Source: Atribacterota bacterium (GTDB taxonomy: Bacteria; Atribacterota; Phoenicimicrobiia; Phoenicimicrobiales; Stramentimicrobiaceae). Taken from it: a DNA stretch of 64,000 bases. This document shows positions 1-8,454 of the stretch, one piece after another (position 1 is the first letter of the stretch; each line of letters opens with the position of its first letter). Both the position numbers and the translations under genes were made by a program. The stretch is from contig JAXGNR010000008.1 of the NCBI GenBank assembly GCA_040767965.1, positions 1 to 64,000 of the forward strand. The letters are read 5' to 3'. The notes beneath the pieces were generated by a model that worked only from the letters and a program-made list of their open reading frames with translations, was not told where the DNA came from and did no database searches.

Positions 1-185
1 TTTCTAAAAGGGCAAATCTTCTGAAAAATAAAGCCCACTAAAAATATAATTGCAATAGACCATAAAAAAGACGTAACTGCCTGGTCTTCATTAAAATAAA
101 AAGCTACCAGAAGCGGTAAAATCATTAATAAGCTTAAATACACTAACAATTTACCTAATAAATTAACAACTACTTTGAAGTTCAT
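1..185 (-). CDS. trkH: TrkH-family potassium uptake membrane protein, N-terminal part (runs off window)
   Basis: Manual translation from ATG at 185: MNFKVVVNLLGKLLVYLSLLMIFTASGSFYFNEDQAVTSFLWSIAIIFLVG..., resembling TrkH N-termini; downstream of kdpE-like gene. Confidence 0.65.
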   Translation of the reverse strand, partial: MNFKVVVNLLGKLLVYLSLLMILPLLVAFYFNEDQAVTSFLWSIAIIFLVGFIFQKICPFR

Positions 186-244
186 ATAAATAAAAAACCT
201 CGTTCTTCTTTGTTTTAATACCGCAGTAATTATAACGAGGATCT

Positions 245-293
245 TATAAAGGAAGTATTAATGTTTTTTTATTTATATAAAGATTCTATAAAG
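245..293 (-). promoter_or_regulatory. Putative KdpE/OmpR-type binding site (CTTTATA direct repeats) upstream of trkH
   Basis: TATAAAG at 245-251, 276-282 and 287-293; the last two are 11 bp apart, as expected for winged-helix tandem binding. Confidence 0.4.
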
Positions 294-309
294 AAAACAG
301 GCCTGTATT

Positions 310-993
310 CTATTCATCAGTAAATCGATATCCAATACCTACTTCAGTAAAAACATATCTGGGTTTGGCTGGATTTATTTCTAATTTTCTTCTGATATTA
401 GCCATAAATACTCTTAAAGACTGAACATCACTCTCCAGATAAGTGCCCCATACATTTTTCAAAATATATTTATGGGTTAAAACTTTACCGGAATTTTTTA
501 CCAGTAGTGTCAAAATGTTGTATTCCATGGGAGTAAAATGTACTTCTTCACCATTCCTGATTACCTTATGTTTATCTAAATCAACTTCTAAGTCTGCTAT
601 TTTATATAAAACTATTTTTTCTTCTTTTTTATCATTTTGATGATGACGGAAGATAACTCTAATTCTTGCCAATAATTCCTTTATACTAAACGGTTTTGTC
701 AGATAATCATCAGCTCCTGCATCTAATGCTTCTACCTTTTCACTATCCTGGTCACGTGCAGAAACAACAACGATGGGGATGTCTGAAAATTCACGAACTT
801 TTTTTATAATTTCCAATCCATCCATATCAGGCAAGCCTAAATCTAATATGATGGCTTTTAAATTTGGTTGGGTTGCTATTAAATTCATGGCTTCTTTTCC
901 GGTAGCTGCTTCTATGCATTCATATTCCTGGGATTTAAGGGAAAAATCAATGAATTTTCTAATTTTTGTGTCATCTTCAACAATTAAAAACAT
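310..993 (-). CDS. kdpE: KdpE-like OmpR-family response regulator
   Basis: LDLGLPDMDG receiver motif, ALDAGADDYLTKPF, C-terminal LRVFMANIRRKLEINPAKPRYVFTEVGIGYR typical of KdpE. Confidence 0.9.
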   Translation of the reverse strand: MFLIVEDDTKIRKFIDFSLKSQEYECIEAATGKEAMNLIATQPNLKAIILDLGLPDMDGLEIIKKVREFSDIPIVVVSARDQDSEKVEALDAGADDYLTKPFSIKELLARIRVIFRHHQNDKKEEKIVLYKIADLEVDLDKHKVIRNGEEVHFTPMEYNILTLLVKNSGKVLTHKYILKNVWGTYLESDVQSLRVFMANIRRKLEINPAKPRYVFTEVGIGYRFTDE

Positions 994-996
994 CTT

Positions 997-2481
997 TTAC
1001 CTCTTCTGCTCTATATCATTTTTAAGATTTAAATAAAAACGAAAGGTAGAACCTTTTATATTATTATTTTCACCTAAAATTTCTCCGCCATGCAAATTTA
1101 CAATAGCCTTGCAAATTGCCAGACCAAGACCTATACCATGCTTTGCATCAATATGGGAATCGCGGGCAGTAAAAAATATGTCAAATAATTTTGGCAGGTC
1201 ATTCTCATTAATTCCAGTTCCTTCGTCAATTACTTCAAACCAGACTTTTTCTTTTTCTTTATGAACACAAATAGTAATTTCTTCAGAAGGCAGAGTATGT
1301 TTAATAGCATTATCAAGGAGGTTTATCAATACCTGAATAATCAATTTCCCATCCATGGAAATAAATAATGGTTCCTCAGGGACTGAAATTGAAATTTTAT
1401 GATTAGAAGCATATTTGGAAGCCCGGCTGACAGCTTCTGCTACAATTTCTTCAGCTACTTCAGGTTGGATGTTTAAAGCCAGCTTCCCCTCCTGGATTTT
1501 GGTCAGACTTAAAATATTCTCCACTAAACGGATAAGCCAGCCTGATTCCTCAAATATATCCTGCAGCAGTTTTATATTTTCTTCGTCATTTAACCTCTGG
1601 AGCAGCATTTCAGCTGCACCCATAATCCCTGTTAATGGGGTTCTCAGATCATGAGAAATAGCCCTTAAGAGATTACTCCTTAACCGCTCCCTTTCAGTTT
1701 CAGCTTTAGCAGCCTCTTTTTCTGCTGTCAGGATTTCTCGTTGAATAGCAATAGCGATTTGCATAATAACAGAATCTAACAAAATACGATCCTCTTTATT
1801 CATTTCTTTGAAATCGTCAGGAAAACAGATATAACCCACAATTCTATCTCTAACTGTAATCGGGAAGGAAAAATGATTGGCAACAATTTTTTTAATATCG
1901 TTCATTTCGATATATCTGGTGCTAATCCCATAACCTGCCACTGCAGGAGCCAGTTCTTTGACTGTATTATCTTTGTGGTTAATAATAATAAAAATAATAT
2001 CACTTTTAAACAAATCTACCAGGCATTGTACTGATACCAGAGCAACATCTTCTACACCACCTGTTTTGGCCAGAGTGCTGGTAATTTGATATAAAGTTTG
2101 TGATTGTTTTTCCCTCTCATCAGCAAGCTCTTTGGAATAAATTAATTTACTGGTAATAGCGCTGGTAAAAATTGCAGCAAACAGAATTACTGTAAAAGTA
2201 AAAATGTAACTGGGATCATTTACGCTAAAACTATATAGCGGGTCTGTAAAAAAGAAATTAAAAGATAACATAGAAATAATCGAGGCAGCAATTCCGTAAA
2301 AATAGCCTTTGGTATATCGGGAAGTAACTAATACTGACAGTATATAGATAACTACAAAATTAACCTCGGTAAAGCCTAAATGCTGTACCAATAAAGATAA
2401 AACTGTTGCTAAAACATTTAATAAAACGGTAATTGCTATATTTATAGTTATAGTTTTATTTTTAAACAGCACTTTTCTCAC
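997..2481 (-). CDS. kdpD: KdpD-like sensor histidine kinase (4-TM DUF4118 + GAF-like + HisKA + HATPase), lacking N-terminal KdpD/Usp domains
   Basis: FNFFFTDPLYSF TM motif, RSNLLRAISHDLRTPLT H-box, NLLDNAIKH, GIGLGLAICKAIV. Confidence 0.85.
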   Translation of the reverse strand: MRKVLFKNKTITINIAITVLLNVLATVLSLLVQHLGFTEVNFVVIYILSVLVTSRYTKGYFYGIAASIISMLSFNFFFTDPLYSFSVNDPSYIFTFTVILFAAIFTSAITSKLIYSKELADEREKQSQTLYQITSTLAKTGGVEDVALVSVQCLVDLFKSDIIFIIINHKDNTVKELAPAVAGYGISTRYIEMNDIKKIVANHFSFPITVRDRIVGYICFPDDFKEMNKEDRILLDSVIMQIAIAIQREILTAEKEAAKAETERERLRSNLLRAISHDLRTPLTGIMGAAEMLLQRLNDEENIKLLQDIFEESGWLIRLVENILSLTKIQEGKLALNIQPEVAEEIVAEAVSRASKYASNHKISISVPEEPLFISMDGKLIIQVLINLLDNAIKHTLPSEEITICVHKEKEKVWFEVIDEGTGINENDLPKLFDIFFTARDSHIDAKHGIGLGLAICKAIVNLHGGEILGENNNIKGSTFRFYLNLKNDIEQKR

Positions 2482-2589
2482 CGCAGAATCTTATATAATA
2501 CTTCAAAAAATCTCTTTTATAATTATTAAATATTTTTAAAATAAGATTAAAATACGAAAGAGTACAGATAGATAATACCATTTTTTAAT

Positions 2590-3450
2590 GGTAATGGTAA
2601 AAGAAACTTGCACCTAGAACCTTGAAAAACTGTTGATATATCAGTATAAAGAGAGTATGAAAACATGTCCTCGATGCGGCAGTAAAAAATTCTGGTCTCT
2701 TTCTACCGGTCAGATCCGTTGCAGCATGTGCGGACTAACCATAAAAGCGTCTAGAAATCTATGGAGTAAAACCCGGATTTCGCCTTATTGGAAAGGTAGA
2801 CTAGTAGATTATTTTTCTTTAGGTGTTCCAGCCTATAGACTACGTTTTCGGATCCCTTACAGTAAACCAACAATTCTCAGATGGTTTAGGATACTTAGAG
2901 AAATCATTTTCTATGATTGTATTAAAGATTTAAAGCCCCTATCTGGTGAGATTGAAATGGATGAAACCATGTTCGGTGGCAGAAGACCAGGTAAGCGTGG
3001 CTGGGGTGCATCTGGCAAAAACATTGTCTTTGGTATTTATCAAAGAAACGGCAAAGTCCTTACTTTTCCTATCACATCACGTGCTAAAGAGACTATGCAG
3101 CCTTATATTAACAAATATACCAAGGCTGGGAGCCTCTACTATACCGATGACTGGTTTGCCTATGCCTTTTTACCTGTAAGAGGGAACCATGTGGTAGTAT
3201 TAAAAGACAAAGGCGTTCCAAAAGGCAGAGATCATATCAATGGCATTGAAGGCTTTTGGTCATTTGCCAAACATTGGCTGTATCAGTATAGGGGTATTCC
3301 CAATGCTTATTTTCCACTCTATCTAAAGGAAGTAGAATGGAGATTCAACCATCGTAATGAGAATCTTGTTATCCTATTAAGGAAGTTACTGAATCAACAG
3401 ATTTCCATTTTCAAAGAGCAAATTTAGTGCATTTAAGTTTAGCCATTACC
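2590..3450 (+). mobile_element. IS1595-family insertion sequence
   Basis: Imperfect terminal IRs GGTAATGGTAAAAGAAACTTGCAC (from 2590) and revcomp GGTAATGGCTAAACTTAAATGCAC (ending 3450), 17/24 identical, flanking a transposase. Confidence 0.8.
2657..3427 (+). CDS. IS1595-family transposase
   Basis: Zn ribbon CPRC..CSMC, EMDETMFGG, YTDD, HINGIEGFWS, EWRFNHR; ATG 2657 preferred to TTG 2633. Confidence 0.9.
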   Translation: MKTCPRCGSKKFWSLSTGQIRCSMCGLTIKASRNLWSKTRISPYWKGRLVDYFSLGVPAYRLRFRIPYSKPTILRWFRILREIIFYDCIKDLKPLSGEIEMDETMFGGRRPGKRGWGASGKNIVFGIYQRNGKVLTFPITSRAKETMQPYINKYTKAGSLYYTDDWFAYAFLPVRGNHVVVLKDKGVPKGRDHINGIEGFWSFAKHWLYQYRGIPNAYFPLYLKEVEWRFNHRNENLVILLRKLLNQQISIFKEQI

Positions 3451-3483
3451 TATAATAATATTCTTTTAAATATATTATTTAAA

Positions 3484-3809
3484 TTATTTTTCACAACATT
3501 TTATATTATTCTTTATTATTTCTTTATAATCATAATCGCTTAAAATGTCATGAGTCCAACAATCATCACTATCGGCGCTCTCTCTAAAGGTTAAAGCCAT
3601 GATATAACTAATTTCTTTTAAAGTGGCTCCTGCTTCCAGGGCGCCTTTGAAATGTTTTTTTACACAAGGCGCAGAACGATTCTTAATGGATAAGGATAAA
3701 CAGATGAACTGATATGTTTTTCGTCAATCATTTTATTTTCTTGGTACAAGTTATCAATTTCTTCTAATTTGTTGGCAAATTCTGGAAAATATTTAGCTAA
3801 CAATCTCAT
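3484..3809 (-). pseudogene. Carboxymuconolactone decarboxylase (CMD/AhpD-like) family protein, frameshifted
   Basis: GAGGGGAG RBS then MRLLAKYFPEFANKLEEIDNLYQENKMIDEK; one A missing in an A5 run (~3717-3721); other frame continues TYQFICLSLSIKNRSAPCVKKHFKGALEAGATLKEI...DDCWTHDIL...KCCEK*. Confidence 0.7.
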
Positions 3810-3820
3810 TTTCTCCCCTC

Positions 3821-4033
3821 TTATTCCTTCCTTCCTTCCTTGTAGATATTTTTTATCTTTTCTTTCTTGTTCAGAACATTTTTTATTTCTTCAGCAGCAA
3901 AAACTCTTTCTGCAGCAATCACTTCTCTGTTAACAACTATTGAAGGATCATCATAACTCCTTATTAAGTAATTTTATCAAGATCCTCAACCTTTCTAATT
4001 TCAGTATCTATGCCTGCTGAAGCAACAGCTTGC
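3821..4033 (-). pseudogene. Small thioredoxin-like (MTH895-type redox-active disulfide) protein remnant
   Basis: QAVASAGIDTEIRKVEDLDKIT**GVMMI / SIVVNREVIAAERVFAAEEIKNVL: two stops, a frameshift, and no N-terminal CxxC. Confidence 0.65.
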
Positions 4034-4065
4034 TACTCTACTCACTAATCAAAGTCTAACTTCAA

Positions 4066-4400
4066 TATACAAGATTGCAAACATTTTCTCCCTTTATTTT
4101 TTTGGCTTTTTGTAAATCCAATAGTATAATTGATTTTTAATTAAGCCAACCACTAAGATTGCCCATAACTATCCTTCTATATTCATTAGCATTTCTATTG
4201 ATATAATATTCATTCCAACGCTTATCAGGCCGAAAACAGATAATCTCAGCATCTTTCATCTTTTTCAAATGTCTGGATACACTCGGCTGTTTTATACCTA
4301 CAATAAACTTTAATTCACAGACACACATGGGCTTATATTCCAGCAAATTTAATATTCTTAGCCTATTTTGATCTGAAAGCATATTATAAATCGCTGTTGA
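4066..4400 (-). pseudogene. arsR: ArsR/SmtB-family repressor, degraded
   Basis: LSDQNRLRILNLL, MCVCEL, QPSVSRHLKKM; no good start codon for the upstream NKSTAIYN; in-frame stops in the C-terminal continuation (WLN*KSIILLDLQKAKK*REKMFC). Confidence 0.7.
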
Positions 4401-4428
4401 TTTATTCTTAGAATAAATCTCCCATTTA

Positions 4429-4452
4429 ATATATAGCCATTTTGCTATATAT
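4429..4452. promoter_or_regulatory. ArsR-type operator (9-6-9 inverted repeat)
   Basis: ATATATAGC-CATTTT-GCTATATAT directly upstream of the arsR remnant. Confidence 0.6.
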
Positions 4453-4569
4453 AAAAGTCAAATAGTATTTGTCAATACCTGTTTTATAAAAAACTTCAAA
4501 GCTGTCCAGATTTACAATTATTCTTTAAAAAGGTATATTTATAGATAACTATTATATATAAACAAATAA

Positions 4570-6192
4570 ATGAGGTTTGCTTTTATGATTTTTCAGATTA
4601 TTGGTATTTTTGGTGGTTTAGTAATTTTTTTATATGGTCTGCAAAAAACTAACTTGAATATCAGACAAGCATTTGGAAATAAACTACAGTCCTGGATTAA
4701 TAAAATTACCTGCTTTCCATCTCTTTCGATTTTTTTTGGTATATTCCTTACTTTTACCATGCAAAGCAGCACTGCTGCTACTTCTCTACTTGTTGGGCTT
4801 ATAAATACTGGAATGATGAATTTATTCCAGGCATTACAAATTTTAATTGGAACCAGTATAGGAACTACTATAGCTACTCAAATTATAACCTTTAATATTG
4901 CCCAGTATTCCTTTGCTTTAATTTTAGCAGGATATGGTCTTAACACTCTCAGTAAAAAGCGCCGCTATCAATTCTTTGGTTCTGTCATACTGGGAATTGG
5001 TTTTATTTTCCTGGGAATGAACCTGATTTCAGATTTTTCTGAACCTTTAAAAAATAGCCCGGCCTTGCTCGATATTATTTTTCATTTGAAAGGAAATCCT
5101 TTTTTAACTTTATTACTTTCAATCATCATAACAAGTATTTTGCAGAGCAGCACAGCAATGATGGGTCTGACCATCTCTTTATCAGTGCAGGGAATTATTC
5201 CTTTTGAACTGGCAATCCCTATTATCCTTGGTTCCCATTTAGGATCTTGCACAACTGTGCTTTTTGTTGGTCTTGGAAAAACAAGTCAAGCCAAAACTTT
5301 AACTTTTGGAAATTTACTTTATAAAGTTATTGCCGTAGTTTTCTTTTTTTTCCTGATTAACCCACTTTCTTCAATTACAAGTTTTTTAACTTCAAACCTA
5401 CCACGGCAAATTGCCCTTGCCCATACTATTATTGTGCTTGGAAATGCATTATTAGTTTATCCCTTTCTTCCCTTGTTTGCTTCTATATTACAAAAAATGT
5501 TTCCAAAATCTAAACAAGAAGAATCTCTCTATCAAACAAAATTTTTGGATAATAACGTCCTGGAGACCCCTGATTTAGCTCTTTATCTAGCTAGAAAAGA
5601 ATTAGTTAGAATGGCCAATATTGTAGATGAAATGTTTTTAGGAATTATGAAAGTATTTTTTAATCAAGATGAAAATTTGTTGTATAAACTATGTAAATTA
5701 GATAGAATAGTTGACACTTTATCAAATGCCATAATTCGTTATTTAACAGATATGAAACTTGAAAATCTAACTCCCGAACAATCCCGAGAGACTTATGCTC
5801 TTTTAAATATTGTTAATGATTTTGAACATATAGGTGATTTGATTGATAAAGATATTATTCCTATAATTGAAAAACAAATTGATAATGAACTAAATTTATC
5901 AGAAGCCGGAGTTGAAGAAATCAAAAAGCTTTATAAAATTGTTTATCAAAATTTTTACCAGGCACTGGGGGCTTTTGCTCTTGGTGATAAACGTATGGCT
6001 CAAAAAGCTTTGCAGCAAAAAACAGTCATAATTGAAAATGAGGTTAAAATGAGAAGAAGTCATATAGATAGATTACATCAGGGAATTGAGCTTTCCAGAC
6101 AGACAAGTTCAATTCATTTTGATATGATCAATATTCTTAAACAAATAAGCGAACATTCTTCATTAATAGCTAAAAATATTCTTAGTAGCTAA
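4570..6192 (+). CDS. Na+/phosphate cotransporter family protein with C-terminal PhoU-like domains
   Basis: Two QSSTA repeats, GTSIGTT and GSHLGSC motifs, many TMs, helical C-terminus with FEHIGD and HIDRL. Confidence 0.9.
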   Translation: MRFAFMIFQIIGIFGGLVIFLYGLQKTNLNIRQAFGNKLQSWINKITCFPSLSIFFGIFLTFTMQSSTAATSLLVGLINTGMMNLFQALQILIGTSIGTTIATQIITFNIAQYSFALILAGYGLNTLSKKRRYQFFGSVILGIGFIFLGMNLISDFSEPLKNSPALLDIIFHLKGNPFLTLLLSIIITSILQSSTAMMGLTISLSVQGIIPFELAIPIILGSHLGSCTTVLFVGLGKTSQAKTLTFGNLLYKVIAVVFFFFLINPLSSITSFLTSNLPRQIALAHTIIVLGNALLVYPFLPLFASILQKMFPKSKQEESLYQTKFLDNNVLETPDLALYLARKELVRMANIVDEMFLGIMKVFFNQDENLLYKLCKLDRIVDTLSNAIIRYLTDMKLENLTPEQSRETYALLNIVNDFEHIGDLIDKDIIPIIEKQIDNELNLSEAGVEEIKKLYKIVYQNFYQALGAFALGDKRMAQKALQQKTVIIENEVKMRRSHIDRLHQGIELSRQTSSIHFDMINILKQISEHSSLIAKNILSS

Positions 6193-6250
6193 TGATAAGC
6201 TACAAAAAATACAAAAACAAATAATGAAACAAGAGGAGAACATATTTTAC

Positions 6251-6919
6251 ATGGCAACAATAATAGCTTTTGGAATACAGCCAGACCAGGTAGAATCTGG
6301 TATGGGTGGAACAATCTTAAAATTAACAGAATCAACTCATCAGGTTACAATTATTGACCTAACAAATGGAGAATACTTGAAAAATCATCAAAATGATTTT
6401 TATAAAAAAGAGGCAATCCAATCCAGTCGAATATTAGGAATTGACGAAAGAATAACCTTGGATTATTTATATTCGGAACTGGAAATGAATCAGGAAATCA
6501 AAGATGAAATTGTTGAAATTTACCAAAACACCTCCCCCAGTATTGTTTTTGTTCCTTATCCTTCAGATGCTGTTCCTGAAAGCAAAATTGCTGCAGAAGT
6601 ATGCAGTTCCGCATTGATTAATTATTGTCAGCAATCTTCTTCCTTCAATAAGCCAAAATTTTTCTATTACTTTGCAACACCTTATATATATTATTCTCAG
6701 CCTGTTTTCATAATTGATATTAGTAAAGAAATTGAAATGAAAGTTGAAGCTTTAAAATGTTATGAATCACGATTTGGAAAAAATCTGCAAGAAAGCCTGT
6801 TGTTCGAAAACATTCTGAACATAAACAGATACCATGGAATGTTAATTAATAAAAAATTTGGTGAATCTTTCATTCCTAAGGAACCTTTTGAAATAGAGAA
6901 TATTGACTATTTGCTATAG
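6251..6919 (+). CDS. BshB1/PIG-L (LmbE) deacetylase-fold protein with degenerate metal site
   Basis: AFGIQPDQVESGMGGTI, IDLTNGE, IDISKEIEMKVEALKCYESRF, GESF; HPDD is QPDQ and HPDH is VPES; GAGGAG RBS favours ATG 6251. Confidence 0.75.
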   Translation: MATIIAFGIQPDQVESGMGGTILKLTESTHQVTIIDLTNGEYLKNHQNDFYKKEAIQSSRILGIDERITLDYLYSELEMNQEIKDEIVEIYQNTSPSIVFVPYPSDAVPESKIAAEVCSSALINYCQQSSSFNKPKFFYYFATPYIYYSQPVFIIDISKEIEMKVEALKCYESRFGKNLQESLLFENILNINRYHGMLINKKFGESFIPKEPFEIENIDYLL

Positions 6920-6950
6920 ATTAAAATTATTTAAGCTAAATTTAAGAAAG

Positions 6951-8450
6951 TTATTTCATAGATCCTTTTTCCATAAACTTTTGATGCCATGATAAAGATT
7001 CGTCTAACAAATGGGGAGTTTGACCACCACTCTTCTTAATTGCTTTATTATAGTAACTTATTAATTTGGGTTGGTACTCCTTGTATGCACAAGTCTTAAT
7101 TATTTTTCTGGCCCTTTCTCGTGGTGATAAGCCTCTTAAATCAGCTAATCCTTGTTCGGTTACAATGACGTGAACGTCATGCTCGGTATGATCTACATGG
7201 GAAACCATTGGCACTATACAAGAAATATTTCCATCCTTAGCAATAGAAGGAGTCATAAAAATTGACAGGTATGCGTTTCTGGTAAAATCTCCCGATCCTC
7301 CAATTCCATTAACTATGCTTGTCCCCATAATATTAGTTGAATTTACATTACCATAAATATCAACTTCCACTGCTGTATTCATGGTAATGGAACCAAGTCT
7401 TCTTATGATTTCTGGATTGTTGCTTATTTCTTGAGGGCGTAAAATAATTTTCTCTTTATATGCTTGTAAATTATTTCTAAATTTCTGCTGTCCTTCTTTT
7501 GATAGAGTTAAGGAAGTCCCTGAAACTATCCTGAATACTCCTTGATCAATTAAATTTAAAACAGAATCCTGAATTACTTCAGAATAAAAATCAAGATTTT
7601 TAAAAGATGAAGAAAGCAATCCTGAAAGTACTGCATTGGCAACACTTCCAACTCCAGATTGAAGTGGAAGAAGATTTGATGGTAATTTGCCAAGCTGTAC
7701 TTCCTTTTTAAAAAATTCAATTATATGATCAGCAATTTTTACACAGTCTTGACTGATACTGGTTGCCAGAGAACCCTGATCGCTGATATCCGAAAAAACA
7801 ATAGCTTTAATTTTTTTAGGATCTGTTGAAATATAAGTTTTCCCTATTCTGTCTTTTGCATTGACTAATGGAATTGGTTGGCGATAAGGAGGATCATCAG
7901 GTTGGTAAATATCATGTATCCCTTCCAATTCAACAGGATGAGATTGATTTATTTCTACAATTATATTCTTTGCTTTCGCTGCTATAGTTGGTGAAATACC
8001 AACTGAGGTCGTAGGGATAATGTTTCCTTCTTTATCTATTCCTATAGCTTCAATAATACCCAAATCAATATCTCCAAAAAAATTATAACGAATTTGTTGT
8101 GGAAAATGACTTAGGTGGATGTCAGAATAAATTGTTTTGCCAGCATTTATATTGTTCCTTAACAATTTATTAGTTTGATAAGGATAACGTCTTTTAATAA
8201 TACCTGCCTCTGTAAACAATCCGTCCAGTTCTTCTCCTACAGAAGCTCCGGTTATTAGTGTGATGTTAATTTTTTCTTGAGTCTTTTTCAGTCTTTGGGC
8301 AAGAGCCTTTGGAACTGCTTTTGGATAACCTGCTGGTGTAAAACCACTTGTTGCAATAGTCATTTTATCTTTTATTAAAAAAGAGGCCTGTTCAGCAGTC
8401 ATTATTTTCTTTAAAAGCCCATTATATCTAATTCTTTCATGCATAGACAA
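6951..8450 (-). CDS. Acetyl-CoA hydrolase/transferase (succinate CoA-transferase type)
   Basis: SGFTPAGYPKAVP, QSGVGSVANA, YSEVIQD, NGIGGSGDFTRNA, VSHVDHTEHDV, VTEQGLADLRG. Confidence 0.92.
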   Translation of the reverse strand: MSMHERIRYNGLLKKIMTAEQASFLIKDKMTIATSGFTPAGYPKAVPKALAQRLKKTQEKINITLITGASVGEELDGLFTEAGIIKRRYPYQTNKLLRNNINAGKTIYSDIHLSHFPQQIRYNFFGDIDLGIIEAIGIDKEGNIIPTTSVGISPTIAAKAKNIIVEINQSHPVELEGIHDIYQPDDPPYRQPIPLVNAKDRIGKTYISTDPKKIKAIVFSDISDQGSLATSISQDCVKIADHIIEFFKKEVQLGKLPSNLLPLQSGVGSVANAVLSGLLSSSFKNLDFYSEVIQDSVLNLIDQGVFRIVSGTSLTLSKEGQQKFRNNLQAYKEKIILRPQEISNNPEIIRRLGSITMNTAVEVDIYGNVNSTNIMGTSIVNGIGGSGDFTRNAYLSIFMTPSIAKDGNISCIVPMVSHVDHTEHDVHVIVTEQGLADLRGLSPRERARKIIKTCAYKEYQPKLISYYNKAIKKSGGQTPHLLDESLSWHQKFMEKGSMK

Positions 8451-8454
8451 CTCC

